A stretch of DNA of 64,000 nt from an uncultured bacterium (GTDB lineage: Bacteria > Krumholzibacteriota > Krumholzibacteriia > Krumholzibacteriales > Krumholzibacteriaceae): NCBI GenBank assembly GCA_963813815.1, contig CAWFAD010000016.1:32001-96000 (forward strand), in the 5' to 3' direction. Position numbers and translations under genes: made by a program. Below, in pieces: positions 29,193 to 42,003 of this stretch; position 1 is the first letter of the stretch, and each line of letters begins with the position of its first letter. The notes beneath the pieces are model-generated. The model was not told the DNA's origin. It did no database searches and was given only the letters and a program-made list of their open reading frames with translations.

Positions 29193-31733
29193 CTACTTCC
29201 CGGGCTCCTCGCTCTCGTCTTCCGCTTCCTCCGCCCCGTTCACCTCTTCCGTCTCGTCCGCTCCGAGATCCTCCTCGCCCTCCTCGCCGAGCGGGCCCTC
29301 TTCCTTCTCCCGCTCGCCCGCGACGGCGAGACCGACCACGGCGTCTCCCTCGGCGAGATTGATGAGCCTCACACCCTTCGCGGGTCTTCCGAGAATGGGG
29401 AAGTCTTTCGCCGGGCTCCGGATGATGATGCCGCCGCGGGTGATGACCATGATTTCGTCGGTGTCGAGAACCTCCTTGACGGCGACGAGCGGGCCGTTGC
29501 GCTCGTCGGTGTCGATCGCGATGACGCCGAGGCCGCCCCGCTTGATGTTCCGGAAGTCGTTGATGCGCGTGCGTTTGCCGTAGCCGTTCTCGGTGACGAC
29601 GAGGATCTCCGTGCCGCGCTTGACGACGACCATCTCGACGACTTCGTCCCCCTGCTTGTCGAGCCGCACGCCGGTGACCCCCTGCGTGGCCCGTCCCATG
29701 ACGCGGACGTCCCGCTCGCTGAAGCGGATCGCCTTGCCCCGCCGCTTCGCCAGGATGACGTCGTCGCCGCCGGCGGTGAGCCGGGCCGCGATGAGCTGGT
29801 CGCCGTCCCGGAGCAGCACGGCGATGATGCCGTCGCGGCGGGGGTTCGCGTACGCCGAGATGTGGGTCTTCTTGATGAACCCGTGCTTCGTCGCCATGAT
29901 GAGGTAGGCGTCCTGCGTGAAATCGCTCACCGGCACGAAGGCGGAGATCGTTTCCTCGCGCGACATTTCGAGGAGATTCACGATCGCCTTGCCGCGGGCG
30001 AGGCGTCCCGCCTGCGGGAGCTCGTGCACCTTGAGCCAGTAGCACTTGCCCTTGTCGGTGAAAAAGAGGATGTAGCTGTGCGTCGAGGCGATGAAGAGGT
30101 GCTCGACGAAGTCCTCGTCCTTCATGCCGAGCGCGGAGAGCCCTTTCCCGCCGCGGCGCTGGCGCCGGTAGGTGCCGGTGGGGATGCGCTTGATGTATCC
30201 CGTGTGGGTGATCGTGATGATCATGTCCTCTTCGGCGATGAGATCCTCGATCTGGAACTCCCCTTCTTGATCGACGATCTCGGTGCGGCGATCGTCGCCG
30301 AAGCGGGCCTTCAGATCCTCGAGCTCGTCCCGGATGATCCCGAGGAGCCGCGTGCGGCTCTCGAGGATCGAGCGGTAGTACTCGATCTTCTTGATGAGCT
30401 CGCCGTACTCGTCCTCGATCTTCTTGCGCTCGAGGCCGGTGAGGCGCTGGAGCCGCAGGTCGAGGATCGCCTGCGCCTGAACCTCGCTCAGCTTGAACTT
30501 CTTCATGAGACCCTTGCGGGCCTCATCGGGAGAGGCGCTCTTCTTGATGAGCTGGACGATCTCGTCGATATGGTCGAGGGCGATCCGGTATCCCTCGAGG
30601 ATGTGGGCCCTCTCCTCGGCGCGGGCGAGATCGAAACGAGTGCGCCTCGTGATGACTTCCTCGCGGTGGGCGAGGTAGCGCTCCATGAGCTCCTTGAGGT
30701 TCATCACGACGGGCTTCATGTCGACGAGCGCCAGCATGATGATCCCGTAGGTTTCCTGGAGCTGCGTGTGCGCGTAGAGCTGATTCAGGACGACCTTGGG
30801 GTAGGAGTCCTTCTTGAGATCGACGACGATCCGCATCCCTTCCTTGTCCGACTCGTCGCGGACGTCCGAGATGCCGGTGAGCTTTTCCTCGCGCACGAGC
30901 TCGGCGATCTTCGCGATGATGGCCGCCTTGTTCGTTTGGTAGGGGATCTCGCTCACGACGACGCTCGTCTTGCCATTTTGCTGCGTCTCGATCGTGGCGC
31001 GCGCGCGGATCGTTATCTTGCCCCTCCCCGTGCGGTACGCCTCGTTGATGCCCCCCCGGCCGTAGATGATCGCGCCGGTCGGGAAATCGGGCCCCTTCAC
31101 GATCCGGCAGATCTGGTCGATCGACACGTCCGGATCGTCGAGGATCGCCTCGAGCCCGCTCACGATCTCGCGGAGGTTGTGCGGAGGAATGTTCGTGGCC
31201 ATGCCGACGGCGATGCCGGCCGAGCCGTTCACGAGGAGGTTCGGAACCTTCGCGGGGAGCACGACGGCCTGCATGCGCGTCTCGTCGTAGTTCGGAACGA
31301 ACTCGACCGTCTCCTTTTCGAGGTCGAAGAGAAGCTCCTCGGCGAACTCCGTCATCCGGACTTCGGTGTACCGCTCGGCCGCGGGCGGGTCGCCGTCGAC
31401 GGATCCGAAGTTGCCCTGCCCGTCGACGAGCGGGTAGCGCATCGAGAAATCCTGGGCGAGACGGGCGACGGCGTCGTACACGGCCGAGGTTCCGTGGGGA
31501 TGGTAGTTGCCCGTAACGTCTCCGGTGAGCTTGGCCGATTTGCGGTAGGGCTTGTTGTGCGCGAGGCTGAGGTCGTTCATCGCGAGCAGGATGCGCCGGT
31601 GCACGGGCTTCAGGCCGTCCCGCACGTCGGGGAGCGCCCGCGACACGATGACGCTCATCGCGTAGTCGAGATAGCTTTCCTTCATCTCGTCTTCTATGTA
31701 GACGGGGAGAATCCGCTGGCGCGTGATGTCCAT
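29193..31733 (-). CDS. gyrA: DNA gyrase subunit A
   Basis: RALPDVRDGLKPVHRR, YHPHG, RYTE, GyrA-box QRRGGKG and an acidic tail. Confidence 0.97.
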   Translation of the reverse strand: MDITRQRILPVYIEDEMKESYLDYAMSVIVSRALPDVRDGLKPVHRRILLAMNDLSLAHNKPYRKSAKLTGDVTGNYHPHGTSAVYDAVARLAQDFSMRYPLVDGQGNFGSVDGDPPAAERYTEVRMTEFAEELLFDLEKETVEFVPNYDETRMQAVVLPAKVPNLLVNGSAGIAVGMATNIPPHNLREIVSGLEAILDDPDVSIDQICRIVKGPDFPTGAIIYGRGGINEAYRTGRGKITIRARATIETQQNGKTSVVVSEIPYQTNKAAIIAKIAELVREEKLTGISDVRDESDKEGMRIVVDLKKDSYPKVVLNQLYAHTQLQETYGIIMLALVDMKPVVMNLKELMERYLAHREEVITRRTRFDLARAEERAHILEGYRIALDHIDEIVQLIKKSASPDEARKGLMKKFKLSEVQAQAILDLRLQRLTGLERKKIEDEYGELIKKIEYYRSILESRTRLLGIIRDELEDLKARFGDDRRTEIVDQEGEFQIEDLIAEEDMIITITHTGYIKRIPTGTYRRQRRGGKGLSALGMKDEDFVEHLFIASTHSYILFFTDKGKCYWLKVHELPQAGRLARGKAIVNLLEMSREETISAFVPVSDFTQDAYLIMATKHGFIKKTHISAYANPRRDGIIAVLLRDGDQLIAARLTAGGDDVILAKRRGKAIRFSERDVRVMGRATQGVTGVRLDKQGDEVVEMVVVKRGTEILVVTENGYGKRTRINDFRNIKRGGLGVIAIDTDERNGPLVAVKEVLDTDEIMVITRGGIIIRSPAKDFPILGRPAKGVRLINLAEGDAVVGLAVAGEREKEEGPLGEEGEEDLGADETEEVNGAEEAEDESEEPGK

Positions 31734-31750
31734 TCACTGCTCCTTGCGTA

Positions 31751-33980
<2,230 letters not shown>

Positions 33981-34080
33981 GGCGACGAGCTCCCTCCTGC
34001 GGACGTATCAGATATTAGTAACACAGGCGCCTGGAATAAACAAGTTTTTAGCGCCTTTCGTGGCGTCCCGATGCCCTTTT

Positions 34081-35226
34081 TTACGTTTCTTCGGGCGGCG
34101 GGGGCGGCGCCTGTCCGGACCCGCTCTCGGGCCGCACGACCCCGCCCTCGACGAGAAATCGCGCGGCCGCAGCGGGGCCCGCCGCGAGCTCCTCGGGGCG
34201 CGGCGAGGCGATGAAGCACTGGTATCCCCCGGCGAGGCGCTCCCTCACCCGCTCCGCCGTTTCGGCGTCGAGCTCGGAGAAAATATCGTCGAGAATGACT
34301 ATCGGCCGCTCCCCGCGCCGGTCCAAAATGGTCGCCGCTTGGGCCAGCTTGAGGACGAGCGAAACGAGACGTTTTCTCCCCTGCGACCCGTACCGGCGGA
34401 TTTCGGCGCCGTCGAGCGATATTCGGACGTCGTCGTGCTGCGGGCCGCAGATCGTGTAGCCGCGGCGCCGCTCCGATTCGCGGCTCCGCGCGAGGGCCTC
34501 GCGGAGCGCCGGGCCCGGATCGCCCCCTCCCGGGCAGAAGGAGCAGACGTACTCCATGGCGAGGCCGCCGGGCGCGCCGACGATCTCGCCGACGAGCGCC
34601 CCGGCCCGCGCGGCGAGCTCCCGAAGCGTCTCGCGCCGGATGCGGACGAGCTCCGCCCCCTTCGCGGCGAGAACCTCGTCCCACGCGTCGATCCCGCCGG
34701 GGGCCTCCGCCTCGCGCGCCGCCCGCTCGAGGAGAGCGTTGCGCCGCCTGAGGACGCCCGAGTATTCGCGGATCGCGGCGAGGTAGAGCGGCGAGAGCTG
34801 AGCCGCCGTGTAGTCGAGGTACGCCCGCCGGCCCGCCGGCGGCCCTCCGGCGAGCGCTATGTCGTCGGCGACGAACATGACTCCGGGGATCATGCCGACG
34901 ATGTCCGCGAAGGCGCCGTCCCGCTTGCTTCCCGTCGAAACCTTCGCGCGGCCGCCCCGCTCGTACCCGGCCTCGATTGCGAAGGCGACTCCCGAGTCGC
35001 TCTCGCCAGAGAGGCGCAGGAAAAAGTACTCCTCGCCGAACCGCACGGCCTCGTCGAGGTCGCGCGTCCGGAAGGAGCGGCCGAGGGAAAAAATGTAGAG
35101 CGCCTCGAGCAGATTGGTCTTGCCCTGCGCGTTTCTCCCGGAGATGAGATTGACCCCGGGGGAAAAGCGCAGCTCCGCGCGGGCTATGTTCCTGAAATTG
35201 ACGATGTCGACGCCCCTCGCGATCAC
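34081..35226 (-). CDS. recF: DNA replication/repair protein RecF
   Basis: NFRNI, GRNAQGKTNLLEA, RRAYLD, GPQHDD, GSQG, LDDIFSELD. Confidence 0.95.
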   Translation of the reverse strand: MIARGVDIVNFRNIARAELRFSPGVNLISGRNAQGKTNLLEALYIFSLGRSFRTRDLDEAVRFGEEYFFLRLSGESDSGVAFAIEAGYERGGRAKVSTGSKRDGAFADIVGMIPGVMFVADDIALAGGPPAGRRAYLDYTAAQLSPLYLAAIREYSGVLRRRNALLERAAREAEAPGGIDAWDEVLAAKGAELVRIRRETLRELAARAGALVGEIVGAPGGLAMEYVCSFCPGGGDPGPALREALARSRESERRRGYTICGPQHDDVRISLDGAEIRRYGSQGRKRLVSLVLKLAQAATILDRRGERPIVILDDIFSELDAETAERVRERLAGGYQCFIASPRPEELAAGPAAAARFLVEGGVVRPESGSGQAPPPPPEET

Positions 35227-35257
35227 CCCTTCATCACCCCCGCCCCGCCGCGCGATC

Positions 35258-36364
35258 TCAGGTGATCCGCAGAGGCATGACGATGCAGAGCTGCTTGACG
35301 TTGCCGCCGTCCGAGGCGGGCTTTACGAGCGCCGCCGTGTCGGGGCGGTCGAGGAGGAACAGTATCTCCTCCGCGTCGATCGTGCGCAGGATGTCGAGGA
35401 CGTACGCCGCGTTGTACCCGACATCCATGTCCTCGCCGGTGAACGAGGCGTCGAGCTCCTCGCGCGCCTCGCCGAGCTCCTGCGTGCTCACGTTGAGCGT
35501 GAGCTTGTCCTTGGCGATCGAGAAGACGACCTGCCGGGTGAGCGTGTCGGCGAGAATGGAGACGCGCTTCACGGCCTCGGCGAGCGCCGAGCGGGATAGG
35601 ACGAGCCGCTTCTCGTTCTTGGCTGGGATCACGCGCTGGTAGCTCGGGAACGGGCCCTCGAGGAGCCGCGAGTAGATCGTCGTTCCCGTCATGTCGAAGC
35701 TGACGCTGTTCTCGCCGATCGAAACCCGGACCTCTTTCTCCCCCTCCGCGTAGGTGCGGAGCGTCCCGAGCGCCTTGGGCGGAACGATGACCTCCACCTT
35801 CTGCGCGGCTCCGAGCTCGATCGCCATGTCGACCTTGGCGAGGCGGTGCCCGTCGGTCGCGACCATCGAGATCCCCTTCCGGTCCACTTCCCAGAGCACG
35901 CCGCAGAGGGCCGGCCTCGTGAGATCTCCCGAAACGGCGTAGGCCGTTTTATGCACGAGCTCGCCGATGATCTCCGGATCGACGGCGAACGACGTTTTGC
36001 TCTCCTGTTTGGGGAGCTTCGGAAAATCCTCCGCGCTCCGGCCGTTCATCACGAACCGGCTCTTGCCGCAGGTTATCGTTATCCTCTCCCCGGCGCACTC
36101 GAGCCCCACGGTTTCCCCGGCGAGCGATTTCACGATCTCGGCGATCTTTTTCGCGGGCGCGGCGACGCGGCCATCCTCGGCCACGGCGGCCTCGACCCTC
36201 GACGTTACCGATATGTCGAGATCCGTCGCGGAAATGCTGAATACGCCCTTCTCCGCGTTCATGAGCACCGTCGAAAGAATCGGCATGGTCGTCTTTCCCG
36301 GAACCACGCTCGATATGGCGTTCATCTTGTGGGTGAGCTCGCCCAGTGGAACACTGACCTTCAC
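35258..36364 (-). CDS. dnaN: DNA polymerase III beta clamp
   Basis: ATDLDIS, VATDGHRLA, SRLLEGPFPSY, IVMPLR. Confidence 0.96.
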   Translation of the reverse strand: MKVSVPLGELTHKMNAISSVVPGKTTMPILSTVLMNAEKGVFSISATDLDISVTSRVEAAVAEDGRVAAPAKKIAEIVKSLAGETVGLECAGERITITCGKSRFVMNGRSAEDFPKLPKQESKTSFAVDPEIIGELVHKTAYAVSGDLTRPALCGVLWEVDRKGISMVATDGHRLAKVDMAIELGAAQKVEVIVPPKALGTLRTYAEGEKEVRVSIGENSVSFDMTGTTIYSRLLEGPFPSYQRVIPAKNEKRLVLSRSALAEAVKRVSILADTLTRQVVFSIAKDKLTLNVSTQELGEAREELDASFTGEDMDVGYNAAYVLDILRTIDAEEILFLLDRPDTAALVKPASDGGNVKQLCIVMPLRIT

Positions 36365-36540
36365 GCCGCCACCTCCTGAAACCGGAGAGGATCATGAGTG
36401 ATTTCGCGTACCCTGCGGATTGGAGTCCCCATGATACGGAACGAAACCTCTCTCTTCAAGCGAAAAGAGAGAGAAAGGGCATCCGTGCATCTCGGCGCGC
36501 AACGCGGCCGAAACGACGCTCCGGATATCCTTCTGGTTCT

Positions 36541-36596
36541 GATTAGAAAGAATTGAAATACAGTAGTCGCAGTAGACCCTGTTGATATGTTGAAAG
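36541..36596 (-). other. oriC unwinding module (tandem DnaA boxes, GC motif, DnaA-trios, AT-rich tract)
   Basis: Minus strand CTTTCAACA TATCAACA GGGTC TAC TGC GAC TAC TGT ATTTCAATTCTTTCTAATC in the dnaA-dnaN gap. Confidence 0.75.
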
Positions 36597-36764
36597 AGGA
36601 GTCATCCGCAAGGCCCGAAGGGCGGTTGCCCGGAATCAGGGTGTTGAGGGCCGCGTTGGCATCCTTTTTTTGTCCCCAGCGGGGGCGATCTGGGCGAGTC
36701 ATGAACAGCCTTCCGCAACGTGGTATGTCGACTCTGTGGGAATCTCGCGAAACCCGGCGCCCGG

Positions 36765-38114
36765 TCAACTCAAAAGCTCTTCCTTGATTGTTTGCACCTT
36801 GCGCTTGAGCGCCGGATCGGCCTCGGTCGCCGCGCGCACCTTGGTGCAGGCGTGGAGCACGGTGCTGTGATCCCGGTCTCCGAAAAATGAGCCGATCGAG
36901 ACGAGCGAAGCTTCGGTGAGATCGCGCGCGAGGTACATGGCGACCTGGCGGGCGAGAACGACGCGCGCGATGCGCGTCTTGGCCTTGAGCGTCTCGAGCG
37001 GAATGTCGAAATGCTGCGCGACGGCCTTCTTGATGAGGGGAATGGAGGGCACGCGGGAGGCCGGCGGGCGCATGAAATCCCTGAGCACCTCGCGCGCGAG
37101 CTCCAGCGTCCCCTCGCGGCAGGTGAGGCTCGAATAGGCGAGAACGCGCACGAGGGAGCCCTCGAGCTCGCGGATGTTGCTCTTGACGTTCTCGGCGATG
37201 AACTGGATCACGTCGTCGGGGATGAGGATTTTTTCCTTCTCCACTTTTTTCCGCAGGATGGCGATCCTCGTCTCGACGTCCGGCGGCTGGATGTCGGCGA
37301 CGAGCCCCCACTCGAAGCGCGAGACGAGGCGCTCCTCGAGGCCCGGGATCTCCTTCGGCGGGCGGTCGCTCGTGACGACGATCTGCTTGTTGGCGTTGTG
37401 GAGCGCGTTGAAGGTGAAGAAGAACTCCTCCTGCGTGCTCTCCTTGCCGGCGAGGAACTGGACGTCGTCGATGAGAAGAATGTCGATCGAGCGGTAGCGT
37501 TCCTTGAAGGTGTGCGTCGTTCCGGAGCGAATGGCCTGGATGAGCTCGTTCGTGAACCCCTCTGAGGTGGCGTAGGCGACCCGCAGGCGCGGGTGGTGCG
37601 CTAAGGCGTGGTGGCCGATCGCCTGAACGAGATGCGTCTTGCCGAGCCCGGCGCCTCCGTAGATGAAGAGCGGGTTGTAGACCTGCGCGGGCTGGTCGGC
37701 GACCGCGCGCGCCGCCGCGTGCGCCATCCGGTTGGAGCTTCCGACGATGAACTCGTCGAACACGTAGCGGGCGTTGAGATGGCACCCGCTCGGGATGGAG
37801 ACGGGATCGCTCACCATGATCGTGCGCGTGGCGGTCTGCGCTGGGGCCTCGGAGCGCGCCGGCGCCGCCGCGGCGATGAACTCGACCGTCGACTCTTCTC
37901 CGAGGATCTCGCGCGCCGCGTGCTCGATCTTGTCCCGGTGATGCTCGGCGAGCCAGTCGACGAAGAACGAGTTCGGCCCCTCGACCACGAGGTGGCCCCC
38001 GTCATACGCGACAAGCCGGGTCGGCTTGAACCACGTCTGATAGCTTTGCGCATTGACGAGCGTTGCGAGGCGCTCGAGAATGGCGTCCCAGAGGCGTGCG
38101 AGCTCTTCCTTCAT
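36765..38114 (-). CDS. dnaA: Chromosomal replication initiator DnaA
   Basis: YNPLFIYGGAGLGKTHL, LLIDDVQF, SRFEWGL, NIRELEG, RDHSTVLHA. Confidence 0.97.
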   Translation of the reverse strand: MKEELARLWDAILERLATLVNAQSYQTWFKPTRLVAYDGGHLVVEGPNSFFVDWLAEHHRDKIEHAAREILGEESTVEFIAAAAPARSEAPAQTATRTIMVSDPVSIPSGCHLNARYVFDEFIVGSSNRMAHAAARAVADQPAQVYNPLFIYGGAGLGKTHLVQAIGHHALAHHPRLRVAYATSEGFTNELIQAIRSGTTHTFKERYRSIDILLIDDVQFLAGKESTQEEFFFTFNALHNANKQIVVTSDRPPKEIPGLEERLVSRFEWGLVADIQPPDVETRIAILRKKVEKEKILIPDDVIQFIAENVKSNIRELEGSLVRVLAYSSLTCREGTLELAREVLRDFMRPPASRVPSIPLIKKAVAQHFDIPLETLKAKTRIARVVLARQVAMYLARDLTEASLVSIGSFFGDRDHSTVLHACTKVRAATEADPALKRKVQTIKEELLS

Positions 38115-38208
38115 CGCGGAACGAGAAAGTTATAAGCCCTTGGCGCTTCCCCGGCGGGGAAGCAAAAATCCCTCAGGAGATCCGTTAAATCTCTTAAAAC
38201 CGAAGCGG

Positions 38209-38296
38209 CTTTCCACAATTGTGGAAAACAACGCAACTTCAATTTTTACCGAAAGATCAGCGGGAAATTATCAAAGGGTTCGGAGCGTTATCCACA
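38209..38296. promoter_or_regulatory. DnaA-box cluster upstream of dnaA (second half of a bipartite origin and/or dnaA autoregulation)
   Basis: CTTTCCACA 38209-17, TGTGGAAAA 38220-28 and a perfect TTATCCACA 38288-96 in an AT-richer gap. Confidence 0.75.
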
Positions 38297-38584
38297 ACAC
38301 AGAATGCGAGTCTTGTAGAAATGTAAGCCTTTGTGTTATATATCGCTCACGGGGGATAAACCCCCCCAATCCCGCGGGCGGTAATCTACCACAAGCCCCC
38401 AGGCCTGGCAAGAAAATTCTTGGGAGCGGAGGAAAAATTTTGCAACATCCTGTCGCATATAGAATTAAAGGCGGCGAACGGCTCATTTGCGCGCGGGCCC
38501 CCCAAAAGGCGCAGAATCGCCGATCGCCGGACGCTTCAAAAGCCGCGCTGGGGCAACGAGATATGATTTCGGAAGATTATGCGC

Positions 38585-38613
38585 TTGACAACGAAACAGC
38601 GCTTTCCTATTCT
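38585..38613 (+). promoter_or_regulatory. sigma70 promoter of the rpmH operon
   Basis: TTGACA-N17-TATTCT. Confidence 0.7.
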
Positions 38614-38680
38614 ATTCTGCTTTTATATAATAAGACCTAACGTCGAATGGGGTCTTACCACCAGCAGCGAAGGACGCGAA

Positions 38681-38815
38681 ATGAAAAGAACGTATCAGCC
38701 GCATAACACGAGAAGGAAAACGACTCACGGGTTTCGAAAGCGCATGGCCACGAAAAACGGCCGCAAGGTTCTGCAAAGGAGGAGAACGAAGGGAAGAAAA
38801 CGCCTCACGGTCTGA
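38681..38815 (+). CDS. rpmH: 50S ribosomal protein L34
   Basis: MKRTYQP...[29 protein letters not shown]. Confidence 0.97.
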   Translation: MKRTYQPHNTRRKTTHGFRKRMATKNGRKVLQRRRTKGRKRLTV

Positions 38816-38839
38816 TAGCGAAGGATGTGTGATGCCCAT

Positions 38840-39184
38840 ATGGCATCACGGGGATTACAGAGCAATCGTCAATTTCGTCTTGTTTATAGCGAAGGTACCA
38901 GGGAAGCCGGGAGCAAGGTCGTCATCTATTACCTGCGTCGCGATGAGGCCGGCGTCGCTCCCGGGTTCGTAGCAAGCAAGAAAATAGGCAAGGCCTGTCA
39001 GCGGAATCGGGCGAAGAGGCTCATGAGGGAGATATTCAAGCGGCTCGAAGCATCCATCGCCGAGCCCAACCTCTGGATCGTATTTATCGCCTCGTTCAAC
39101 CCGAAGGAAAACACGTTCCACGAGATCTACACGGATGTCGAGCGCTCGCTCAAGAGGGCCGGACTCCTGATATCGATCGGATGA
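38840..39184 (+). CDS. rnpA: RNase P protein component
   Basis: [23 protein letters not shown]; synteny. Confidence 0.92.
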   Translation: MASRGLQSNRQFRLVYSEGTREAGSKVVIYYLRRDEAGVAPGFVASKKIGKACQRNRAKRLMREIFKRLEASIAEPNLWIVFIASFNPKENTFHEIYTDVERSLKRAGLLISIG

Positions 39185-39405
39185 TGACGAGAATCGTGAC
39201 ATACATCGCTCTTGCGCTCCTGCGCATATACCGAGCAGCCATCTCTCCCTATCATCCGCCGGTGTGCCGGTTCATACCGTCGTGTTCCCAGTACGCGGAG
39301 GATGCGGTCCGCCGCCACGGCCCCGGCCGCGGCGCGGCGCTCGCCGCGAAGCGTCTCATGAGATGCCATCCGTTCGCGCGCGGCGGATACGACCCCGTGC
39401 GCTGA
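39181..39405 (+). CDS. yidD: Membrane protein insertion efficiency factor YidD
   Basis: [22 protein letters not shown]. Confidence 0.95.
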   Translation: MMTRIVTYIALALLRIYRAAISPYHPPVCRFIPSCSQYAEDAVRRHGPGRGAALAAKRLMRCHPFARGGYDPVR

Positions 39406-39483
39406 TTTCGATAGGACTTCTCGTTCGTCCGCTCGGCCGCCGTTGCTTCGAACCCTCCGCTTCCCGGAAAAAAAGAGGAGTTC

Positions 39484-41259
39484 ATGGATCGAAGATCGTT
39501 GATCGCGATCGTTATGACGTTCGCCATTCTCATCGCTTGGGAGGCCCTCTACATGGCGCCGAAGAGGGGCGATCTCGCGCGCCGGCAGGCGGCGGCCCTC
39601 GAGGAGCGCCGGCAGGCCGACTCGATCGCCGCGCTCGCCGAGCCGGCGCCGGCCGAGACGACGGCCGCGGTCCCGGCGCGGCGCGACAGCGCGGCGGCCC
39701 CCCCGGGAGCCTTCCTCGCCGAGAGCGGCGAGCGGGGCGCGGGACGGATTACGGTCGCGACGGGCGTCGCGCGCGTGGCGCTCTCGAGCGCCGGCGGCGA
39801 GGTCGAGAGCGTGACGTTCGCGGAGTTCGCGCGAAAGGACGGGAGTCCCGTCGAGCTGGTTCCCGAGGGCGCGCGCGGCGGGATGCGGCTCTCCATCCTC
39901 GAGGCCGGGGAATGGAAGAAGCTCAGCGACGTGCCGTTCGACGCGTACGTCGACGGAGCGGCCGCGGAGCCGGGCGGGGAGATCGTTCTCGGCCCGGGGC
40001 GCGACAGCGCGACCGTTCTCTTTAGGCGCGCGGGCGCCGGGGGCGAGCTCATCGAAAGGAGCTACACCTTCAGGCGCGACTCGTACGAGGTCGGAGTCCG
40101 CGTGGCGATTCATCGCGAGGGCGACCTCTCCCGCACGACCGCCTACTCGATCGGCTGGGAATGCGGGCTCGCGACGAGCGAGCCGAACGTCAAGGAGGAC
40201 CTGCGCAAGTTCGCGGCCCTCGGCAAGGTCGGCGAGGAGCAGTACAAAACGGACGTGGCGAAGTTCGGCAAGGAGATGCGCCGGGAGCACGAGGGAACCG
40301 TCGTGTGGGCGGGAGCCCGGACCAAGTACTTCCTGAGCGCGCTCGTCGTGAAGGGCGGGGAGCGCTCGAGCGGCTCGCTCGTGCTGCTCGGGGACCGGGC
40401 CGAGAATTTCATCGGCTGCGGGATCAGCTATCCGTTCCGCGGCGACCCGAGGCTCGTCGAGGACGAGTTCGCATGGTACGCGGGGCCCCTCGACATGAAG
40501 CGCCTCGGGAGCTACGGGATAGGGATGGAGAAGGCGATCGACATGGGCTACCTGCGCGTGCTGAGCGTGGGGATTCTGCGGCTCATGGTCTGGACGAAGA
40601 AATGGATTCCCAACTACGGGCTCATCATCATCATCATCTCCGTCCTGACGAAGCTCCTCTTCTACCGTCTCACGCACAAGAGCTTCAAGTCGATGAAGGA
40701 CATGCAACGCCTTCAGCCGAAGATCAAGGAGATTCAGGAGAAGTGGAAGGGCGACCGCGATCGGCTCAACAAGGAGATCATGAAGGCGTACAAGGAGGCG
40801 GGCGTGAGCCCCCTCGGCGGGTGCCTTCCCCTGCTCCTCCAGATGCCCGTGTTCATCGCCCTCTACAACGCGCTCGGGAGCACGATCGAGCTTCGGAGCG
40901 CGCCCTTCGTGAGCTGGATCAACGATCTTTCGATGCCGGACACGCTTTTCCGGTGGGGAGCGAACATTCCGTTTCTCGGCAGCGAGTTTCACCTCCTCCC
41001 CATCCTCATGGGCGTGGCGATGGTGGCGCAGTCGAAGCTCGGCGGCTCCCCGACGGGCGAGGGGGCGCCGGCGATGCAGACGAAGATGATGAACTATCTC
41101 ATGCCGATCATCTTCACGATCTTCTTTTACGGCATGCCCTCGGGGCTCGTTCTCTACTGGCTCGTGAACCAGGTGCTCTCCGTGGGACAGCAGTACGTGG
41201 TTCAGCGCGAGATCGATACCGAGGAACGGAGCCGCACGCTCGAAGGAGCGCAGCAGTGA
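39484..41259 (+). CDS. yidC: Membrane protein insertase YidC
   Basis: NYGLIII, MQRLQPKI, GGCLPLLLQMPVF, WINDLS, PSGLVLYW. Confidence 0.95.
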   Translation: MDRRSLIAIVMTFAILIAWEALYMAPKRGDLARRQAAALEERRQADSIAALAEPAPAETTAAVPARRDSAAAPPGAFLAESGERGAGRITVATGVARVALSSAGGEVESVTFAEFARKDGSPVELVPEGARGGMRLSILEAGEWKKLSDVPFDAYVDGAAAEPGGEIVLGPGRDSATVLFRRAGAGGELIERSYTFRRDSYEVGVRVAIHREGDLSRTTAYSIGWECGLATSEPNVKEDLRKFAALGKVGEEQYKTDVAKFGKEMRREHEGTVVWAGARTKYFLSALVVKGGERSSGSLVLLGDRAENFIGCGISYPFRGDPRLVEDEFAWYAGPLDMKRLGSYGIGMEKAIDMGYLRVLSVGILRLMVWTKKWIPNYGLIIIIISVLTKLLFYRLTHKSFKSMKDMQRLQPKIKEIQEKWKGDRDRLNKEIMKAYKEAGVSPLGGCLPLLLQMPVFIALYNALGSTIELRSAPFVSWINDLSMPDTLFRWGANIPFLGSEFHLLPILMGVAMVAQSKLGGSPTGEGAPAMQTKMMNYLMPIIFTIFFYGMPSGLVLYWLVNQVLSVGQQYVVQREIDTEERSRTLEGAQQ

Positions 41260-41283
41260 ATCAGCGAAAGGCAGGAATCGCAT

Positions 41284-41997
41284 ATGGGCAGAACCGGCAG
41301 GGATAACGACAAGCGGCGCGACGAGGCGCGCCTCGACAGCATCGAGACGACGGGCAAGACCGTCGAGAAAGCGCTCGAAAAGGCGCTCGCGAGCCTCAAG
41401 GCGCGCATCGATGAGGTCGACATCAAGATAGAGGATCAGGGGCAGAAGGGCGTGCTCGGCATATTCGGCGCGCGCGAAGCCCGCATTCTCGTCTCGCGCA
41501 AGAAACCCTCGAGCGGCGGGGTCGAGGCGGTCGTCGACAACGTCGCCCGGGCGATCATGGAATCCCTCGACGTCAACTACCGGCTCTTCTCCGAGGAGAG
41601 CGACGGAGCGACCTATATCAACATCGAAACGGCGGGCGTCGACGGGCTTCTCATCGGCCGCAAGGGGGACACGCTCACCTCGCTCCAGCATCTCATCGGG
41701 CGCATCGTGTCGAAGAGGCTGGGCGGCTATCAGCGGCTGATGCTCGACGTCGGCGGATATCTGCGCAACCGCCACGATATCCTCAAGCAGAAGGCCGTCA
41801 GGGCGGCCGAGAAGGCCAAGAAAACGAACCACGAAATCTCGCTCGAGCCGATGAAGGCTGCCGAGCGGCGCATCGTTCACCTGGCCCTCTCCGAGCTCGA
41901 CGGCATCTCCACCTACACGGTCGGGAACGGCGAGATGCGCAAGGTCTGCATCGCCCCCCAGCGGGCCGAGGAGGGAAAGCGCGCCGGCGACCGCTGA
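41284..41997 (+). CDS. jag: Jag/KhpB (EloR) KH-R3H RNA-binding protein
   Basis: GKTVEKAL, LLIGRKGDTLTSLQ, LEPMKAAERRIVH. Confidence 0.92.
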   Translation: MGRTGRDNDKRRDEARLDSIETTGKTVEKALEKALASLKARIDEVDIKIEDQGQKGVLGIFGAREARILVSRKKPSSGGVEAVVDNVARAIMESLDVNYRLFSEESDGATYINIETAGVDGLLIGRKGDTLTSLQHLIGRIVSKRLGGYQRLMLDVGGYLRNRHDILKQKAVRAAEKAKKTNHEISLEPMKAAERRIVHLALSELDGISTYTVGNGEMRKVCIAPQRAEEGKRAGDR

Positions 41998-42003
41998 TCC
42001 ACC

